DNA of 61,457 nt, the filler included. It is 6 parts of 6 records of this genome, joined end to end, with 100 filler letters (N's around TTAATTAATTAA, not from the genome) between each part and the next. Parts side by side here need not be neighbours in the genome. Positions count along the whole stretch, not along the records: positions 55,090 to 61,457 come from SRR31156797_29451; 5 more parts are not named here. One strand, given 5' to 3'. The notes beneath the pieces are model-generated. The model was not told where the DNA came from, made no database searches, and saw only the letters and a list, made by a program, of their open reading frames with translations. Made by a program: the position numbers and the translations under genes. The stretch's first letter is position 1, and each line of letters opens with the position of its first letter. Positions 57,920-61,457 of this stretch are shown in pieces.

Positions 57920-58351
57920 ATGAAAATCGAAGAATTTATCCTGTTTGCTAAAAAAAATCCAGTTTGTTTTTTAGCAACAACCGACGGCAACCAACCCCAT
58001 GTTCGCGCTGTTCTTTTGTTTTTTGCCGATAAATCCGGATTTTATTTCGGAACCTTATCGCCAAAAGAAATGTCGAAACAAATGCATAAAAATCCAAAAG
58101 TTGAAATCTGCTTCTACAACAATCCGCGCGATTTTGCACAAGCTAAACAAATGCGTTTAAGAGGAGAAGCGGAATTTGTAAATGACCATGAAATGAAACA
58201 TAAACTGCATGAGGAAAGACTTTTCTTTGATGACATAACAGGTCATAATCTTGAATCGATTAGTGAGGTTTTTAAGGTAACCGGCGATATTCATTTTTGG
58301 TCAATCTCTGATGTGATGAACGAAACCCATTTAGAGCACCTGAATTTATAG
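57920..58351 (+). CDS. Pyridoxamine 5'-phosphate oxidase-like FMN-binding protein
   Basis: FLATTDGNQPHVR, KQMHKNPKVEICF, QMRLRGEA. Confidence 0.88.
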   Translation: MKIEEFILFAKKNPVCFLATTDGNQPHVRAVLLFFADKSGFYFGTLSPKEMSKQMHKNPKVEICFYNNPRDFAQAKQMRLRGEAEFVNDHEMKHKLHEERLFFDDITGHNLESISEVFKVTGDIHFWSISDVMNETHLEHLNL

Positions 58352-58372
58352 CATTAAAAAGCCAACTGAGGC

Positions 58373-59080
58373 TTAGTATTTTTCTCCTTCATGGTCAAGC
58401 ATCGGAACAAAACGAACTGGCAAAACATTCTTTTGATGAATTTTACCTCTCTTTTTCTGAAGAAGAATAAGCCGTTGTATCCGACCTTTTCCAACCGGTA
58501 TAATCATTCGTCCTCCTTCAGCCAGTTGCTCTTTTAATGGATTTGGGATATGGCTGGGTGAACAGGTTACGATTATGGCATCAAACGGAGCTTTCTCAGG
58601 CCAGCCTTCGTAACCATCTCCGGTTCTGCAATAAATATTATCGTAGCCGAGCTTATCAAACACTTCCTCCGAGTTTTTTGTCAATAACTGAAAAATATCG
58701 ATAGTAAAAACCGAATCGCAGATTTGAGCCAGAATTGCCGCTTGATAACCCGATCCTGTTCCAATCTCCAAAACCCGGTCAGAGGCCTGAAGCTCGAGAG
58801 CTTCAGTCATAAATGCGACAATATAAGGTTGCGATATAGTTTGACCTTCTTCTATGGGTAATGGCGAATCGGCATAAGAATATTTTTGGTACTCTGGTAG
58901 AACAAACTCGTGGCGGGGTACAGTTCGCATTGCTTTTAAAACATTCTTATCGGTAACTCCGCGCTCCAGAATTTGTCGGGTAACCATAGTGTTTCGTTGT
59001 TCTTTATAAGGATCTGATTGCGCCAAAGTATAGATTGGAAATGATAATAAAAACAACAACAATATTTCTTTTTTAGCCAT
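58373..59080 (-). CDS. pcm: Protein-L-isoaspartate O-methyltransferase
   Basis: VPRHEFV, GQTISQPY, VLEIGTGSGYQAA, APFDAII, VRFVPM. Confidence 0.95.
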   Translation of the reverse strand: MAKKEILLLFLLSFPIYTLAQSDPYKEQRNTMVTRQILERGVTDKNVLKAMRTVPRHEFVLPEYQKYSYADSPLPIEEGQTISQPYIVAFMTEALELQASDRVLEIGTGSGYQAAILAQICDSVFTIDIFQLLTKNSEEVFDKLGYDNIYCRTGDGYEGWPEKAPFDAIIVTCSPSHIPNPLKEQLAEGGRMIIPVGKGRIQRLILLQKKRGKIHQKNVLPVRFVPMLDHEGEKY

Positions 59081-59119
59081 ACTTTTTTAACGAAATGAGT
59101 ACAGCAAAGTTGCAGGTTC

Positions 59120-60529
59120 TTATTGTGGTGTTAATCGTATAACCGTTCCGGGTTTATTCAGCACCACGTATATAGACCCATCCGGTCCGGTGGAAACATC
59201 GCGTACACGTCCCTGCCCTTTTACAATAACCTCTTCGTGAACCACACGGTCCTCTTCAATCTGAAGCAAGCGAACTTCTTCGTATTTTAAAGCACCAACC
59301 ATCAATTTATTTTTCCATTTTTTAAACAGGTCACCCCGGTAAAAATCCAGTCCACAAACAGCAATAGAAGGTTTCCAGTAAAAATTTGGCTGTTCCATTC
59401 CAGGCTTATGTGTTTCTTCGGTAATGATAGTTCCGTTGTAATTTTTCCCGTAGGTAATGGTTTCCCATCCATAATTTTTCCCACTTTCAATTTGGTTTAA
59501 CTCATCACCACCCATTGGGCCATGTTCAGTTGTCCATAACTCTCCGGTTTCGGGATGAATCGCCATTCCTTGAATATTTCGGTTTCCCAAAGAGAATAAC
59601 GAAGGTATAGCACCTTTTTCATGAACAAATGGATTGTCCGCAGGGATACTTCCATCCTTATTAATGCGGTGAACTTTCCCGTTCGGTCGCTTAAAATCCT
59701 GCGCCTGATAACCGGCTCCCCGGTCACCAATGGCAAAGTACAAATAGCCAGAAGGGTCGAAAACAATCCGACAACCATAATGATGCCGTGTTGTGCGATA
59801 AGTCTCATGCGGTGCTTCAAACAACACTTCCTGATCTATCCAGGTATTTTCTTTGATTTTCCCCCGTATAATTCGGGTCATGGCCGGTGGTCGTTTACCG
59901 CCTTCAACATCCTCCAGCACATGACTATAAGCCAGATAAATCCAACCATTCTTTTCAAAATCCGGATCAACAGCTACGTCCAATAATCCACCCTGCCCCT
60001 GGTGTAATACCTTTGGTGTATTTTTAACTGATTCAACACTCAATTTTCCATTTTTTACCATGCGAAGTCTTCCCGGACGTTCTGTAATTAAAGCTGTGTT
60101 ATTATCTAAAAAATCAATGGCCCAAGGTATTTCCAGACCCTCTGCAAAAACCTCAACATCAATCAAATAATCAAGCGTTTCCAATTGTTCAGCAATGGGC
60201 GGTTTTTCAGCTCCTGCTTTCTTTTCTGCTTCACGAATATATTCCCTTAAAAAACGGATATCCTGATCTTTTAAAATTGCGTGAAATGAGGGCATTCCCA
60301 AATGAGGAATCCCAAACTTTATATTTCTGAAAACATAACCATCTTCGGCACCAAATTGCCAGATCCCGTCAACCAAACTTGCAGCATTACCTCCGGTTAA
60401 ATTCGCTCCATGACAAGTAGCACAGTATTGCCCGTATAATTGAGCCCCATTCTGTGCTCCAATTTTTAAATTAACAATCAGAAAAAAAATAAAAATCAAA
60501 CTACCGAGAAATAATTTAGTTGGTTTCAT
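59120..60529 (-). CDS. Soluble PQQ-type sugar dehydrogenase (YliI-like) with N-terminal cytochrome c
   Basis: Signal peptide, CATCH heme motif, GQGGLLDV, GNRNIQG, EHGPMGGDELN, GKNYGW, GRVRDV. Confidence 0.92.
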   Translation of the reverse strand: MKPTKLFLGSLIFIFFLIVNLKIGAQNGAQLYGQYCATCHGANLTGGNAASLVDGIWQFGAEDGYVFRNIKFGIPHLGMPSFHAILKDQDIRFLREYIREAEKKAGAEKPPIAEQLETLDYLIDVEVFAEGLEIPWAIDFLDNNTALITERPGRLRMVKNGKLSVESVKNTPKVLHQGQGGLLDVAVDPDFEKNGWIYLAYSHVLEDVEGGKRPPAMTRIIRGKIKENTWIDQEVLFEAPHETYRTTRHHYGCRIVFDPSGYLYFAIGDRGAGYQAQDFKRPNGKVHRINKDGSIPADNPFVHEKGAIPSLFSLGNRNIQGMAIHPETGELWTTEHGPMGGDELNQIESGKNYGWETITYGKNYNGTIITEETHKPGMEQPNFYWKPSIAVCGLDFYRGDLFKKWKNKLMVGALKYEEVRLLQIEEDRVVHEEVIVKGQGRVRDVSTGPDGSIYVVLNKPGTVIRLTPQ

Positions 60530-60809
60530 TTTTATGGATTTAGCTTTAATTCAATAAGATAAGCAATTTATCGCAAAATTGTTCAATCAGAATCTTCCTT
60601 ATTCTGAATTGTTTCTTTGTTTCTATTAAGTTTTCCAAGTTTCGTTCGTAGAGACTGTATAAAACTCGTTTCTAGAATTTTATATAGGGTATTTTTGTTC
60701 CAGATAAGACAGGTTTGATGCGAATAGCCTTAGCTATTTAAAAAACTAACAAAATATGGTGCAAAAAGACACATAAAAAACTGAAGGATGAAATTTAAAC
60801 AGTCTCTTA

Positions 60810-60851
60810 AACCTGTAAAATATATTCAACAACCTGTAAAAAGTATACAGC
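60810..60851 (+). promoter_or_regulatory. Tandem 21-bp direct repeat, AraC-type operator candidate
   Basis: AACCTGTAAAATATATTCAAC / AACCTGTAAAAAGTATACAGC (17/21 identical), 60 bp upstream of the SDR start. Confidence 0.55.
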
Positions 60852-60911
60852 CGTTAATCAATACATAACTATTTTTGTTTCAACAATATAAAAAACAATA
60901 AACACGAAAGA

Positions 60912-61457
60912 ATGAAAAACGTAGCATTAATAACCGGAGCCTCAACTGGAATTGGCAAGGAACTTTCACATATTCATGCTGAAAAAGGTGGCGATTTGGT
61001 AATTGTAGCCCGAAGCAAAGACAAACTGGAAGCTTTAAAATCCGAGTTAGAAGATAAATATGGTGTTAGAGTAGAAGTGATTGCCAAAGACCTGGGAGCT
61101 ACTAAAGCTCCTAAAGAGATTTACGATGAAGTAAAAAAGAAGAATATTAAGATTGACATATTAGTAAATAATGCCGGTTTTGGTGCGCTTGGAAGGTTTA
61201 ACGAATTGGATTATGATCGTCAAATCCAGATGATTAACCTGAATGTAACTTCGCTTACAGCACTAACCCGTTTGTTTATGCCCGATTTTGTAAGTCGCAA
61301 CTCTGGAATGATCTTGAATAATTCATCAACAGCCAGTTTAATGCCTGGCCCGCTTCAAGCTGTTTATTTTGCAACCAAAGCCTATGTGCGTTCGTTTAGC
61401 AACGCCCTTGCTGAAGAATTGCATGACACAAACATTACTGTAACCAACCTGATGCCT
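60912..61457 (+). CDS. Short-chain dehydrogenase/reductase, 3'-truncated
   Basis: Manual translation MKNVALITGASTGIG...LVNNAGFG...NNSS...YFATK; runs off the window end. Confidence 0.92.
   Translation, partial: MKNVALITGASTGIGKELSHIHAEKGGDLVIVARSKDKLEALKSELEDKYGVRVEVIAKDLGATKAPKEIYDEVKKKNIKIDILVNNAGFGALGRFNELDYDRQIQMINLNVTSLTALTRLFMPDFVSRNSGMILNNSSTASLMPGPLQAVYFATKAYVRSFSNALAEELHDTNITVTNLMP

Overview
This window is not one locus. It is six unrelated contigs joined by five artificial 100-nt spacers (N44-TTAATTAATTAA-N44), so context only holds within a segment; taxon calls are inferred from gene content and composition. (1) 1-6267, Bacteroidota-like: tetrameric [FeFe]-hydrogenase operon (hndB-C-D-A) preceded by DRTGG, PHP and kinase-like ATPase genes. 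(2) 6368-16033, Desulfovibrionaceae-like: lactate oxidation operon (por, lldP, two D-LDH subunits, pta, ackA, lutC) with strongly structured intergenic regions. (3) 16134-21916, AT-rich Arcobacteraceae-like: MarC, Fur-boxed TonB receptor, lpxK, DegT. (4) 22017-45924, Desulfovibrionaceae-like accessory region: dapB, a soluble GAF/HisKA_3 kinase and NarL/LiaR regulator with candidate operators before redox genes, an uncharacterised AT-rich module (holin-like protein, 606-aa helical-repeat protein, lipoprotein, divergent DUF5675 peptidoglycan enzyme), lipoproteins, an SLC13 permease, a collapsed ABC operon and DUF2333. (5) 46025-54989, GC-rich spirochaete-like: TrmJ-like, EamA, FapA/DUF342, EAL phosphodiesterase, TAXI-TRAP. 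(6) 55090-61457, Bacteroidota-like: group 3 [NiFe]-hydrogenase C-terminus, maturation protease, Cys-rich orphan, Pcm, cytochrome c-fused sugar dehydrogenase, SDR. No rRNA, tRNA or CRISPR array was seen. The best candidate for an undescribed system is the phage-free holin-like/peptidoglycan-enzyme/cargo module at 31529-35475.
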